Below are positions 18,585-27,919 of a stretch of DNA of 64,000 bases, piece after piece. The DNA is taken from IMG/VR virus record IMGVR_UViG_3300030105_001626, positions 1 through 64,000 of that record; one strand, 5' to 3'. The position numbers and the translations under genes are program-made. The DNA comes from a virus. Every line of letters starts with the position of its first letter. Positions within the stretch are counted from its first letter, which is position 1. The notes under the pieces were generated by a model that saw nothing but the letters and a program-made list of their open reading frames with translations, ran no database searches and was not told where the DNA came from.

Positions 18585-20144
18585 TTATCGTTGGTTGTCA
18601 CTCATGTATTGTGCTTTAGCTCTAGCTCTATTTGCATCTGATGATTTTTTCTGTGCTTTTGATAACTTCGGTTCTTTAGACTTGATTTTTTTAGAAGCAT
18701 TCATCATTCCATAAGAAGCATTTACTTTCCCATAAGACTCATTCTTCTGTCTTGCTAAATCTTTGTCTAATTCTTTCTTATCTTTATAATCATCTTTCTG
18801 AGCAAGTTTAGTAGCAGTAGCATACATTACATTTTTTGCATCTTTACCATATGTGTCTTTAAATGATTTAAGATTCTTTTTCATGCCTTTAACGATATAC
18901 TCTTTATGTTCGTCCTCATCATCGGTCATTTTCTTTTCGTCTAATACCACATTGTCAAAATAAGCATCTTTTTCGGTAACTGGTTCTAAACCACTCATGC
19001 CTTTTTTCTTCATTGCAACGGTGTCTTTCATTACATGATGTTTCATGTTTGCTTTGTAATCATCGTCAGCTGTTTTGTTATTATCATAACCTTGTTCTGC
19101 ATTTTCTTTCTTCATGGCACGAAGTTTTTTAAAGTCTTTACCATCAATTTTATCATCATCATGAACATCAATTGATTGTTGTGCAGGAGTTAATTCTTTT
19201 GCTGATTTTAATACTCTAACGCCGCCATTGAAACTAGATGGATACATTTCATCAAGTTCTTGATGTATATCATCATTAGTAACAGTTGACATTGGTGCAG
19301 ATTCGTTTCTAACTGTAACTCTAATGTTTGAAGGTACTGTACCAGATGCTGCTTCTTCTTCAGAATCTTTTCTTTGTGACATGAATTTTTGATTCTTTTT
19401 CATCTCAGCTTCATATTGGTCTTGATTCTTTTCAGTAGCACTTCTAGTGTTATCTGTTTGATGGTCTACACCTGATGTTTGCTTATCAGCATAGAAAGCT
19501 GGTTTAGCAGATTGACCAGGAGTTACTGATAGATTATTATACATTGCTTGTAGAGCTGGTAGCCCATTTTGTGCATAATCTTCACGCATCTGGCTAAATG
19601 GTTTTTTAGAATCAACCATTACGCCTCTCATTTTGTTTATTTTTGCAACATTTGATTTTGGTTTTGTATCTAGTTTTTTGTTTCTATCTATTTTTGATAG
19701 GTCTTTACTAGAAGGTCCATCGACCTCTGTTTCTTTTTCTTTAGTAGAAGCGCCATATGATTTACCTGTAACACGAGTAACACCGCCTGAACCGGGAGAA
19801 TATTCATTTAGTTTTTCATCTTCATACATCTTCTTAGCTACTTTAGAGCCTTTACCTTTAGGAGCAAGCATCATGTTTTCTTTTTGCATTGCTTTTTTCT
19901 TCCTATCAGCTTCAGCTTTCTTCATGCCCATTTGAGCAAGAGACTTAGCTCTATCTATTCCGCCAGAAGGACCTGGATGATTTTTAGAATCAGCACCAGT
20001 ATATGATACAGTAGTGACGCCGTTTTTAACTGTACGAGTTATTGCTTCGTCTAGTGTATCTTGAGTTTTGTCTTCAGATTTTTTTATAATCTCAAGAACG
20101 GTGTCAGAAACACCTTTTAACTTGTTTATTTCATTATTGAACAA
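18585..20144 (-). CDS. charged modular protein, putative internal head protein
   Basis: Lys/Asp/Glu-rich; DDDKIDGKDFKKLR and VMYATATKLA modules. Confidence 0.7.
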   Translation of the reverse strand: MFNNEINKLKGVSDTVLEIIKKSEDKTQDTLDEAITRTVKNGVTTVSYTGADSKNHPGPSGGIDRAKSLAQMGMKKAEADRKKKAMQKENMMLAPKGKGSKVAKKMYEDEKLNEYSPGSGGVTRVTGKSYGASTKEKETEVDGPSSKDLSKIDRNKKLDTKPKSNVAKINKMRGVMVDSKKPFSQMREDYAQNGLPALQAMYNNLSVTPGQSAKPAFYADKQTSGVDHQTDNTRSATEKNQDQYEAEMKKNQKFMSQRKDSEEEAASGTVPSNIRVTVRNESAPMSTVTNDDIHQELDEMYPSSFNGGVRVLKSAKELTPAQQSIDVHDDDKIDGKDFKKLRAMKKENAEQGYDNNKTADDDYKANMKHHVMKDTVAMKKKGMSGLEPVTEKDAYFDNVVLDEKKMTDDEDEHKEYIVKGMKKNLKSFKDTYGKDAKNVMYATATKLAQKDDYKDKKELDKDLARQKNESYGKVNASYGMMNASKKIKSKEPKLSKAQKKSSDANRARAKAQYMSDNQR

Positions 20145-20177
20145 TTTATTTCTCCTGTTTTAAATCTTTGTAAGTTA

Positions 20178-20468
20178 TTAACAATTCCATCTTCGTAATG
20201 CTTTATTAATTGGTGAGTCCGGATTTCTAGCATTCTTTGGATTCGTCAATTTCTTTTTCATGCCCTTCATTCTTCTACAAAAAGATAATCGTCTTTTAGC
20301 ACGTTTACCTCCTGCTTTAGGTTTCTTCTCTGTCACAGCTGTCTTTAACTTTGAACCTGGGTTCTCACTGCGATATGCTTTAACTGCAGCTCTACTTAGG
20401 CCATCTGTTTTATCAGCTTTATTTATTTTCTGCCAATCTTCTTTAATGAATGTGGTTAGTGATTTCAA
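20178..20468 (-). CDS. conserved basic phage protein
   Basis: YRSENPGSKLKTAV, RRLSFCRRM.GM, ALRRWNC motifs. Confidence 0.75.
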   Translation of the reverse strand: MKSLTTFIKEDWQKINKADKTDGLSRAAVKAYRSENPGSKLKTAVTEKKPKAGGKRAKRRLSFCRRMKGMKKKLTNPKNARNPDSPINKALRRWNC

Positions 20469-22609
20469 CCTATTCCACCTCCACCCATACTTGTAATTCC
20501 TTTAAAGTTACCAAGTGCATTTCTTGCCTTCCATGTTGCTAATCTAATACCTTGATTATGTAATTTTTGGTTATTATTAGCAGATATTGATTCTATTCCA
20601 TCTGCTGTACCTTCTTGAGATACTGGGTCAATCTTATTTCCATCTGCAGAAACTGTAAATGGTTTTTTTGGTTTTGCTATTTTAACATCACCTTGCATTC
20701 CTTGTTTATCTTTTGCAACATCATCTGGAAATGCTTCATCTTTTGTCTTATTTATTTTACCTTGTGGTATTCTCTTTTTAGGTCCAAAGTTAGAATTAAA
20801 AGACATATTAGGGTCTTTACCCCAAGATTCAGGTGCGGCTGTATGACCTAATGACATACCAGCTTCTGGAAATCCAGGTGCAACAGATTCTTTTAATTCA
20901 ACACAATAACCAGGTCCTTTATCATTTAGATGAACCTTGCCTTGTATCTTATGAGCTTCTCGTGCAGCTGCAGCTCTAACTACAAACACCTTGCGTTTGC
21001 CGTTTTGCATAAGGTATTTAGTCATTCTTTTACTCTCAACCTTTTCAGTAAACATATCTTCAAATGATGCATTTAACTCTTCTTGCACTGAAGGTTGTTT
21101 GTTATCTGTAGTAACAGGAACTAGTGTATCATGAACTACACGATGAGATACTTTATTGTCTGTACCATATCTACCAAAGCCATAATAGTCTAATCCTAAT
21201 CTTCCAGCTTCTTCTTTTGCTTTTGAATTTGGATGAGGGTGTTTTCCAGAATCAGGCACTTTTGTTAGTGTATGTGATGTGTCTTTACCTTGTAATTCTC
21301 CAGCAATCCATGATTGTGCCACTTCATTTTCTGGTTTCTGTTCAATGAAATTACTAGCAAATTTAAATATCTCTTGCATTTCATCTTTCTTGCGTTTTAC
21401 GTCATCAGGACTTGATTTTCTTAAGTCTAGTGAATTATCAAATTCAACATAATTTTGACCAAACATTTCAGCTAATTTAGGTCTAGACCTTTGAACATGT
21501 TCCCATTTTGCTTTTCTGACTTCTTCTGGCACTGTACGACCGCCACTTTGGCCTCTTTCAATATTTCTTTCTGCTGATATATTATCTTCAGTATTAACCA
21601 TAACCATTGCAGAAGTATAACCTAACTTTTCAAGAGCATCTTTAATGCGAGATATCTTCTCAACGTCTTCGCCTGTGCCATTAATAATAAGACCATTTCG
21701 TCCCATTAAAGCAAGTTTCTGTTTTAGTTCTGTAATTGATTTGGCTTTGCCTCTCACTGCATCTCTTTTACCTTTTTCAGATATCTTATCTGACATGATT
21801 TTAGACATGTTATTTTTATCTAATAGATATTCAAATGCTTTATCTGAGTTTATTTCTGTTAATCCTAGTCCGTCTAATGTATTTGATAATACATAGTCTT
21901 TACCAGAACCAGGTCCACCTGCAAGAAACATTGCTTTGAATATTGCTTTATCATGTACACCTTCTATTAATATTTGTTCGAACTTGGTATCTATATCTTC
22001 TCTTACTCTCATACCACTCCTTAAATCTTTGTATAGTTCTCTTGCATGTTGGTCTGTTACATGCTTAGGAACGCCTTGTCTAAATTTATTGTAGTTGCCT
22101 GCGGTTGCATGACCTCTAAGTTTACTTGCAGACATTCCTGCAGTACCTTTTGCATCAGGGTCTCTAGCGCCAGCATTGTGTAATTTTATTTGTTTAAAAT
22201 TAAACATAGCACCTTTGTGTGTGCCATTATATTTGTTTAATAATCTTTTGAATTCTGGTATTCTATCGCCACCTGCAATCATATGCAAATGTGTGTTACC
22301 AGCTTTGTGTAATTTTCTCGCTTGGTGCAAAAAAGTAGGATGTTCTCTTGATGATGTTGTTATATTTGTTCTAGGGAAGAATCTCTTAGCGTGTTTTACT
22401 TTTTGTGCAGCTGTCAGAGGATTTGATTTTGCATCATTAGTATGTGATAATACAACATGATGAGTTGCTTTGTATCTTGCGGCTACACTTTTAACTTTAT
22501 CAACTAACTTGGCGTGACCTGTTGTAGGTGGTTGCAGACGACCAAATGCCATAGCGGCATGACGCTCTTGTGCTTCAACTATTACATCTATGAATTCTTT
22601 AAATTTCAT
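20465..22609 (-). CDS. cytidylyltransferase-like (HxGH-type) domain fused to a P-loop kinase domain
   Basis: FGRLQPPTTGH, AGGDR and MSASKLR, followed by FLAGGPGSGKD and RNIERG motifs. Confidence 0.85.
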   Translation of the reverse strand: MKFKEFIDVIVEAQERHAAMAFGRLQPPTTGHAKLVDKVKSVAARYKATHHVVLSHTNDAKSNPLTAAQKVKHAKRFFPRTNITTSSREHPTFLHQARKLHKAGNTHLHMIAGGDRIPEFKRLLNKYNGTHKGAMFNFKQIKLHNAGARDPDAKGTAGMSASKLRGHATAGNYNKFRQGVPKHVTDQHARELYKDLRSGMRVREDIDTKFEQILIEGVHDKAIFKAMFLAGGPGSGKDYVLSNTLDGLGLTEINSDKAFEYLLDKNNMSKIMSDKISEKGKRDAVRGKAKSITELKQKLALMGRNGLIINGTGEDVEKISRIKDALEKLGYTSAMVMVNTEDNISAERNIERGQSGGRTVPEEVRKAKWEHVQRSRPKLAEMFGQNYVEFDNSLDLRKSSPDDVKRKKDEMQEIFKFASNFIEQKPENEVAQSWIAGELQGKDTSHTLTKVPDSGKHPHPNSKAKEEAGRLGLDYYGFGRYGTDNKVSHRVVHDTLVPVTTDNKQPSVQEELNASFEDMFTEKVESKRMTKYLMQNGKRKVFVVRAAAAREAHKIQGKVHLNDKGPGYCVELKESVAPGFPEAGMSLGHTAAPESWGKDPNMSFNSNFGPKKRIPQGKINKTKDEAFPDDVAKDKQGMQGDVKIAKPKKPFTVSADGNKIDPVSQEGTADGIESISANNNQKLHNQGIRLATWKARNALGNFKGITSMGGGGIG

Positions 22610-22646
22610 TCCCGCCTCTGCAGCAGTTAGTTAATGTGGTATTTAG

Positions 22647-22654
22647 TATTTATA
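22647..22654 (-). promoter_or_regulatory. T4-type late promoter
   Basis: TATAAATA with a tandem CTAAATA at 22640-22646. Confidence 0.7.
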
Positions 22655-22670
22655 CCTTTTTGGAGTGAAA

Positions 22671-23309
22671 TTATTCAGCTACAATAAAGGCATTACCAAA
22701 TGGGTGTTCTCCTGTCCAATTTTCTTTTAGATGGCCATATTCATAATCAAAATACTTAATTTTAAACCCAGCTTCTACGATAGTGGTTAACCACCATTCT
22801 TCTGATTCTCTAGTAACATGTGTGATATCCATTTCATACTCACGAATACGATATCTCTCGCCATCACCTAAAGGAACTGCAACAAATATAGATTTGCATC
22901 TAGCTCTTAATGATTTTAATACAGATAGTATTTCATCTTTTGGTATATGTTCTAATACATCTTTAGCAATGATTAAGTCCCAACCACCTTTGATATCTTC
23001 TACTGCTTCAATTTTAGATACATAATCTTTAACTTTTGGGTGGCACTTTTCAACTGCATATTCAGATACATCGACACCAAATGCTTCTTTACCTAATAAT
23101 CTTAAGGCATGAACCATAAATCCTTTAGCACAACCAAAATCTAATACATTTTTAAATTCAATGTTGTTTATAATAGATGAGGCTTCACGAATACTTCTTT
23201 CTGGCATCCAACGATATTGTTCATAAGCACTAACTCTCTTACGGACTCCATCTTCATAGTAATCTTCATTAAAAACTTCATATTTTTGTGTCTTATCAAT
23301 ATAACTCAT
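22671..23309 (-). CDS. class I SAM-dependent methyltransferase
   Basis: VLDFGCAKG, GVDVS, DVLEHI motifs. Confidence 0.9.
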   Translation of the reverse strand: MSYIDKTQKYEVFNEDYYEDGVRKRVSAYEQYRWMPERSIREASSIINNIEFKNVLDFGCAKGFMVHALRLLGKEAFGVDVSEYAVEKCHPKVKDYVSKIEAVEDIKGGWDLIIAKDVLEHIPKDEILSVLKSLRARCKSIFVAVPLGDGERYRIREYEMDITHVTRESEEWWLTTIVEAGFKIKYFDYEYGHLKENWTGEHPFGNAFIVAE

Positions 23310-23317
23310 AATATCCT

Positions 23318-24433
23318 TTAAGCAAATTCATTGTGTCGTGTTGGCATTAAAACATCATCTATTAATTCATTTTGCATTGCATACTTACAGTATGAACAAT
23401 CGTGTTGTCTTGTAAAGTTATCTACACCTTCTTGTGTGTTATAGAACTCTGTAATACCTTCAATATCACATAGTTTAAATTCATCATTCACACGATATAG
23501 ATTTTCTGGTGCTAATTCTGCTGATGGACAAACATAAACATTTCCATCAGTGAATACAAATGGTTTAACACCGTGCATATAACAATTACTATTTCTTCTC
23601 TCGCCTTTGAAGTTGAAATCCGATAAGAAAGCGTATTGCAATTTACCAAATTCTTTTTCGTGGACTTTTATTAGACTTCTTATTTTTTCAATGTCTTGTT
23701 CTACAATCTTTGTTGCTTTGATAGCATTGAAAGCTATTCTAGTCGGTATTTTATTTTCTTCTACCCACATTAACATCTTTAAGAAGTTCTCTTCTTTATA
23801 ATCATTTGATTTTAGTCTTCTTGCTTTATCATCGGACCATTCACCAGTTACATTTGGATTAGTTGATGTCTCCATTGCTCCGTCCCAAACATAGGCAGCT
23901 GAAATCTCGACATCATCAAGACCATCAAAAACTTCAAGATTATATTCATAAGGTTTTTCTTCGTCCCATGCATACATGCCCAATCTTACCCATGAAAACA
24001 TATGCCAAGTCTTTATCTTTTTAAGTAAAGAACCATTTGTGCATATACCAATCTTCATACCTTTGTTGTAAGCGTATTCCACTACTTCATCTAATTTTGG
24101 ATGAAGAGTCGGTTCACCTCCGCCAGTAAATTCTAATCCCTCTGCACCAAGAGCGTGAAATTGGTCAATCGCAGACTTCATCTGGTCAACTGTAAGCATT
24201 TCTTTCATTGCTCTATTGGCAAAACAACAGAATGAACATGTGAGATTACAAGGATTACATGGTGACATGTGAATCATTATTGGTTTAGGTTTCTTACCTT
24301 GTTGTAAGTCGACCAATCTATCCATATGTTTTAGTAATTTGCTTGTATTACTAGAATAGCTTCGCCCTTTAATTTGAGCATCATTATCTGATTTTTTCTT
24401 TACAAATTTTATTGTTTGTGTCAAATCAATCAA
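23318..24433 (-). CDS. radical SAM protein with C-terminal SPASM/twitch-like Cys cluster
   Basis: CNLTCSFC, GGGEPTL, TNG, DGNVYVC, CSYC motifs. Confidence 0.92.
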   Translation of the reverse strand: MIDLTQTIKFVKKKSDNDAQIKGRSYSSNTSKLLKHMDRLVDLQQGKKPKPIMIHMSPCNPCNLTCSFCCFANRAMKEMLTVDQMKSAIDQFHALGAEGLEFTGGGEPTLHPKLDEVVEYAYNKGMKIGICTNGSLLKKIKTWHMFSWVRLGMYAWDEEKPYEYNLEVFDGLDDVEISAAYVWDGAMETSTNPNVTGEWSDDKARRLKSNDYKEENFLKMLMWVEENKIPTRIAFNAIKATKIVEQDIEKIRSLIKVHEKEFGKLQYAFLSDFNFKGERRNSNCYMHGVKPFVFTDGNVYVCPSAELAPENLYRVNDEFKLCDIEGITEFYNTQEGVDNFTRQHDCSYCKYAMQNELIDDVLMPTRHNEFA

Positions 24434-25226
24434 TCCTTAATTCATCAGATTCTCTAAGTGTAACTTCGTGTAATTTATATTCTGGTTCAAAACTCTTAAT
24501 ATCTTCATCATAAACTTCTTTCATGAATTTAGGATAAACATCAGAGAATATATGTGCCATTTCTTTATTTGCATCTGTAACATCATAGGTTGTGTGTCTA
24601 CCTGGATGATACATTGAAGCTGCATGTATTACACCACATTTTTCTTTAGTGATTGAGGATAATATCCAATCAAATCCATATCCACTTTTTACGTCATGAT
24701 ATTCCATAAACTTTAATATTTTAGGTATCAGTGATGAATGAATAAACACTGCCATGCCTTCATTAAAATTAGTTAAACTATATTTCATTGAAGTATCTTG
24801 ATGAAGTATATTGTGACTACACTCTGAACCATGCATTGTAGATAACTGAAATATTTTAATATTTTCTTCTTTAGCAATCTCTAAACCACGATTCACATTT
24901 TTAATGTCAGTAACTAAGTCATCGTCCCAAAAACCAATATATTCATAGTCACGATAATCATAAGTCTCAAGAAAATGTTTTACCATCTCCCACTTAAATC
25001 CTGTGTCTTTTTGGATTATATCATAACTATCATCTTCAACCGGACAATCATTGTAACTATAAGCTACAACTGAATAGTCTCTTTCTTCTCCTTTTGTAGA
25101 ACGCCAATGATTATCTTTATCATAATTCTCATGATAGTTTAGTGGTATTCCTACTGGAACAACTATTACATTCTTAGAATTTATGAATGTTTCTGCACCT
25201 GGTTTAGGCTGTTTCATTTTGTTCAT
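24426..25226 (-). CDS. GT-A fold glycosyltransferase-like protein (DUF707-like)
   Basis: YEYIGFWDDDL DxD motif; TNFNE.M; SGYGFDW. Confidence 0.7.
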   Translation of the reverse strand: MNKMKQPKPGAETFINSKNVIVVPVGIPLNYHENYDKDNHWRSTKGEERDYSVVAYSYNDCPVEDDSYDIIQKDTGFKWEMVKHFLETYDYRDYEYIGFWDDDLVTDIKNVNRGLEIAKEENIKIFQLSTMHGSECSHNILHQDTSMKYSLTNFNEGMAVFIHSSLIPKILKFMEYHDVKSGYGFDWILSSITKEKCGVIHAASMYHPGRHTTYDVTDANKEMAHIFSDVYPKFMKEVYDEDIKSFEPEYKLHEVTLRESDELRID

Positions 25227-25936
25227 TTGTAGCTTCCACCTTTTGCAATAAATAAATTTGTATTAGTTTCAATAAGTTCATCTGTTATTGTGAATGGTGT
25301 CTTATAATCATTACTCTTGAAAAATTCTTTTGCGGCCATGTCATGGTTAATAAAAAACATACTATTCTTAGCAACCAAGTCCGCATCACTAGTTTTAGAT
25401 ATTTCATCTGATATATCTTTTTTATATTCTAGGCCATATTCATTAAATCTATCAATCCAATAATCTTTCGGTTTACAATTTACATGATGATGTCCTGGCT
25501 GACCAGGAACTGCAGCCGTACACCAGATATATTTTGCTTGCTTAAAGGTTGATATAAAGTTTTTGATGTATTTTTCTTCTACATGTTCTAAAAATTCAGT
25601 TGAATATGCCAAATCAAATGATTCAGTAGAGTTATATTCACCTAAAGTATAATCATGTATGTGTATATACTCTTTATTATTTTTGATTGTCTCATCACCA
25701 TCAACACCAATAGAATATATTCCAATATGGTTTGCGTACTCAACCATTCCGCCTGGTCCACATCCAATATCAATCATAGACTTTATATCATATTTTTGTT
25801 TAATTAAATCTAAGGTTGGTTTTAACATCGAGGTGAAATCATAATGTCCACCTAAGTGTGGTGGTAAAATAAATTGTTTATTTGCCATCTTTAAATTTCC
25901 TCTCAATAGATTCTTTCCATTCTGGTACTCTGTCAT
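25223..25936 (-). CDS. class I SAM-dependent methyltransferase (true start probably MANKQF)
   Basis: IDIGCGPG, GVDG, EFLEHV, PGQPGHHHVNC motifs. Confidence 0.88.
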   Translation of the reverse strand: MTEYQNGKNLLRGNLKMANKQFILPPHLGGHYDFTSMLKPTLDLIKQKYDIKSMIDIGCGPGGMVEYANHIGIYSIGVDGDETIKNNKEYIHIHDYTLGEYNSTESFDLAYSTEFLEHVEEKYIKNFISTFKQAKYIWCTAAVPGQPGHHHVNCKPKDYWIDRFNEYGLEYKKDISDEISKTSDADLVAKNSMFFINHDMAAKEFFKSNDYKTPFTITDELIETNTNLFIAKGGSYK

Positions 25937-26744
25937 ATTGATGTACTAATGCAAAAGGTTTTCCCTCTGAGGTACAAACCATTCCATCTTTCATAATAGG
26001 AGATTGTTCAAGAAGTTTATCGCCATATTCTTTTGCTATTTGTGGTCCTGTTGTGCCTAATTGTGCAGCCCAACCATCCTCACTATTTGCAAAATTTGTA
26101 ATATCTTGATATGTCTTCATTTGTAATAATACATTTAGTGCAGCTTGGTCTGGACCACCACCGCCTTCTATATTATGATTAGTACTATTTGATAACATGT
26201 ATATATTCAAAAACAAATCAACCATAGTATCGAATTTGCCAGAGATTGTACCTGCATTGTATATAGGATTATTAACACATTCTTCATGTACTAATGGACC
26301 AAAAGATTTCATTAGATTATTTGTTCCCCACTGCTCATCTTTATATGCAATAGATTCACAAGCAACATTGATTTCTTTATCACCAAGGTTCTCATCTAAC
26401 CAAATTGATGGATTAGTTTGAAAGATAACATCTTTAACATCAGTTGTGATGATTCGATTATATTGACCTTTCATTCGTTTGAGTAAATACCATAGATGCA
26501 AGAATCGTTCTACAACAATCTGAAATTCTTCTTTAGGGTATTTGAATGTTTCTTTTTCTTCGTCTTTGCCAAATGCGAGAATTGAATAATCTCTTTTGAC
26601 TAATTCATCAACTGTTTTATAATCTATGTTGTAGCAAATCATAGCTTTTGTTCCAGTAAAACCAGAACGGTCTAAAGAATTGACCCAAGGTTTGATTTTC
26701 TCAAAATTGTATCCTGTAATACAACCAATCACCATGTCTTTCAT
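25878..26744 (-). CDS. GT-A fold glycosyltransferase-like protein
   Basis: TTDVKDVIFQTNP, YNAGTI.G, DQAALN, VHQYDR motifs. Confidence 0.8.
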   Translation of the reverse strand: MKDMVIGCITGYNFEKIKPWVNSLDRSGFTGTKAMICYNIDYKTVDELVKRDYSILAFGKDEEKETFKYPKEEFQIVVERFLHLWYLLKRMKGQYNRIITTDVKDVIFQTNPSIWLDENLGDKEINVACESIAYKDEQWGTNNLMKSFGPLVHEECVNNPIYNAGTISGKFDTMVDLFLNIYMLSNSTNHNIEGGGGPDQAALNVLLQMKTYQDITNFANSEDGWAAQLGTTGPQIAKEYGDKLLEQSPIMKDGMVCTSEGKPFALVHQYDRVPEWKESIERKFKDGK

Positions 26745-26782
26745 ATAAATTTCCTTATATAATAAATATTAAAACTTCATTT

Positions 26783-27607
26783 TTACAGACTGCCAAACCC
26801 ATTTGGATTATGACCTGAACCAGCATCTTGAACTGTTCGTCCGTCTTTACCTCTGTTTACACCTTTTGCTATCTTCTTCCATGTTTTAAAACTTCCTTTA
26901 GAAGTAGAGTAAGGTGTATCTTTCTTGTATTTATTCACCAACTCCGTAGTACCTATTTCGCCAGCGCCATACTCTTCTTTAATTGTTTTTACTGTACCAT
27001 CTTTATTAGCAAGCCAAGCTTCAAACTTAATCTCTGGAAACATTCTTTGTAATTTTAAGAACTCACTTAGATTAGGTAAACTATCATCAAACAATCTTAC
27101 ACGACTGAACTGACCAGTCTTTAAATAATTATATATGATAATTGCTTTTGCTCTTGTTGTTGCTACGCCTTTTAATTTGCCAGCTCTTTCAACACGAACT
27201 TTATCAATATTAAAACCATGTTTTCTAAAAGTATCTAAGAACACTTTTTTATTATTCATATCTTGTCTAGCAGTTACAATGATAACTTTACTCTTTGGTG
27301 TAGCTAAAGAATTCTTAAGAATAATCTTGGCTTTTGCCATCATTCTTTTAATTGGTCTAGATTCTTTATTAAACTTCTCTGCATCTTTCATTTCAGAGAA
27401 ATCAAATGACTCACCAGCTTTTAATTTATATTTAGAATAGGTGCCAGTCTCTAATCTTTTTACTAATTTCTTACCTTTTCTGACTAAGACATTAGCTGTA
27501 GTTTCAAATAGAGTATCATCTATATCAAATATAGTCAGTCCACCTAAAGCCTCAGTTTTCTCTGCAAGTAAGTTTTCTGTTAAGAAGGCGTCAAATTTTA
27601 GCAACAA
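26783..27607 (-). CDS. HAD-family phosphatase
   Basis: IFDIDDTL (motif I), IVTAR (II), K (III), LFDDS..NL (IV). Confidence 0.85.
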   Translation of the reverse strand: MLLKFDAFLTENLLAEKTEALGGLTIFDIDDTLFETTANVLVRKGKKLVKRLETGTYSKYKLKAGESFDFSEMKDAEKFNKESRPIKRMMAKAKIILKNSLATPKSKVIIVTARQDMNNKKVFLDTFRKHGFNIDKVRVERAGKLKGVATTRAKAIIIYNYLKTGQFSRVRLFDDSLPNLSEFLKLQRMFPEIKFEAWLANKDGTVKTIKEEYGAGEIGTTELVNKYKKDTPYSTSKGSFKTWKKIAKGVNRGKDGRTVQDAGSGHNPNGFGSL

Positions 27608-27608
27608 A

Positions 27609-27917
27609 CTATCCTCGTGTCAATGTAAGTATTTTTTGGATTTGTTGCTCAACTGATTCTTTACGTTTTGGCCAATATATGTATTCTTTATCGGCAGTTT
27701 TAAGTAGTTTGCTAAAGAATGGTAATACTAGTTTCTCTAGGTCTGCTAACTTCTCTTCATATTCCTCGACTGTTGAATTCTTTTCTCTTTGTGATTGTGT
27801 AGCTACATCTTCAATTACTTTTTTGTAATCTTTTTCAGATACAGTATCAAACACTGAACTGAAGCCGAAATCATCGTCTCCATATTCTGCTATAATTGCA
27901 TTAATATCATATGCCAT
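27609..27917 (-). CDS. conserved hypothetical protein
   Basis: DDFGFS and KEYIYWP.R motifs. Confidence 0.7.
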   Translation of the reverse strand: MAYDINAIIAEYGDDDFGFSSVFDTVSEKDYKKVIEDVATQSQREKNSTVEEYEEKLADLEKLVLPFFSKLLKTADKEYIYWPKRKESVEQQIQKILTLTRG

Positions 27918-27919
27918 CT

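Noticed and set aside
23318-24433. Radical SAM protein as PqqE partner of the phage pqqA
   Set aside because: No PqqE-specific motifs recognised, no pqqB/C/D in the window, and it sits within a glycosyl/methyltransferase cassette
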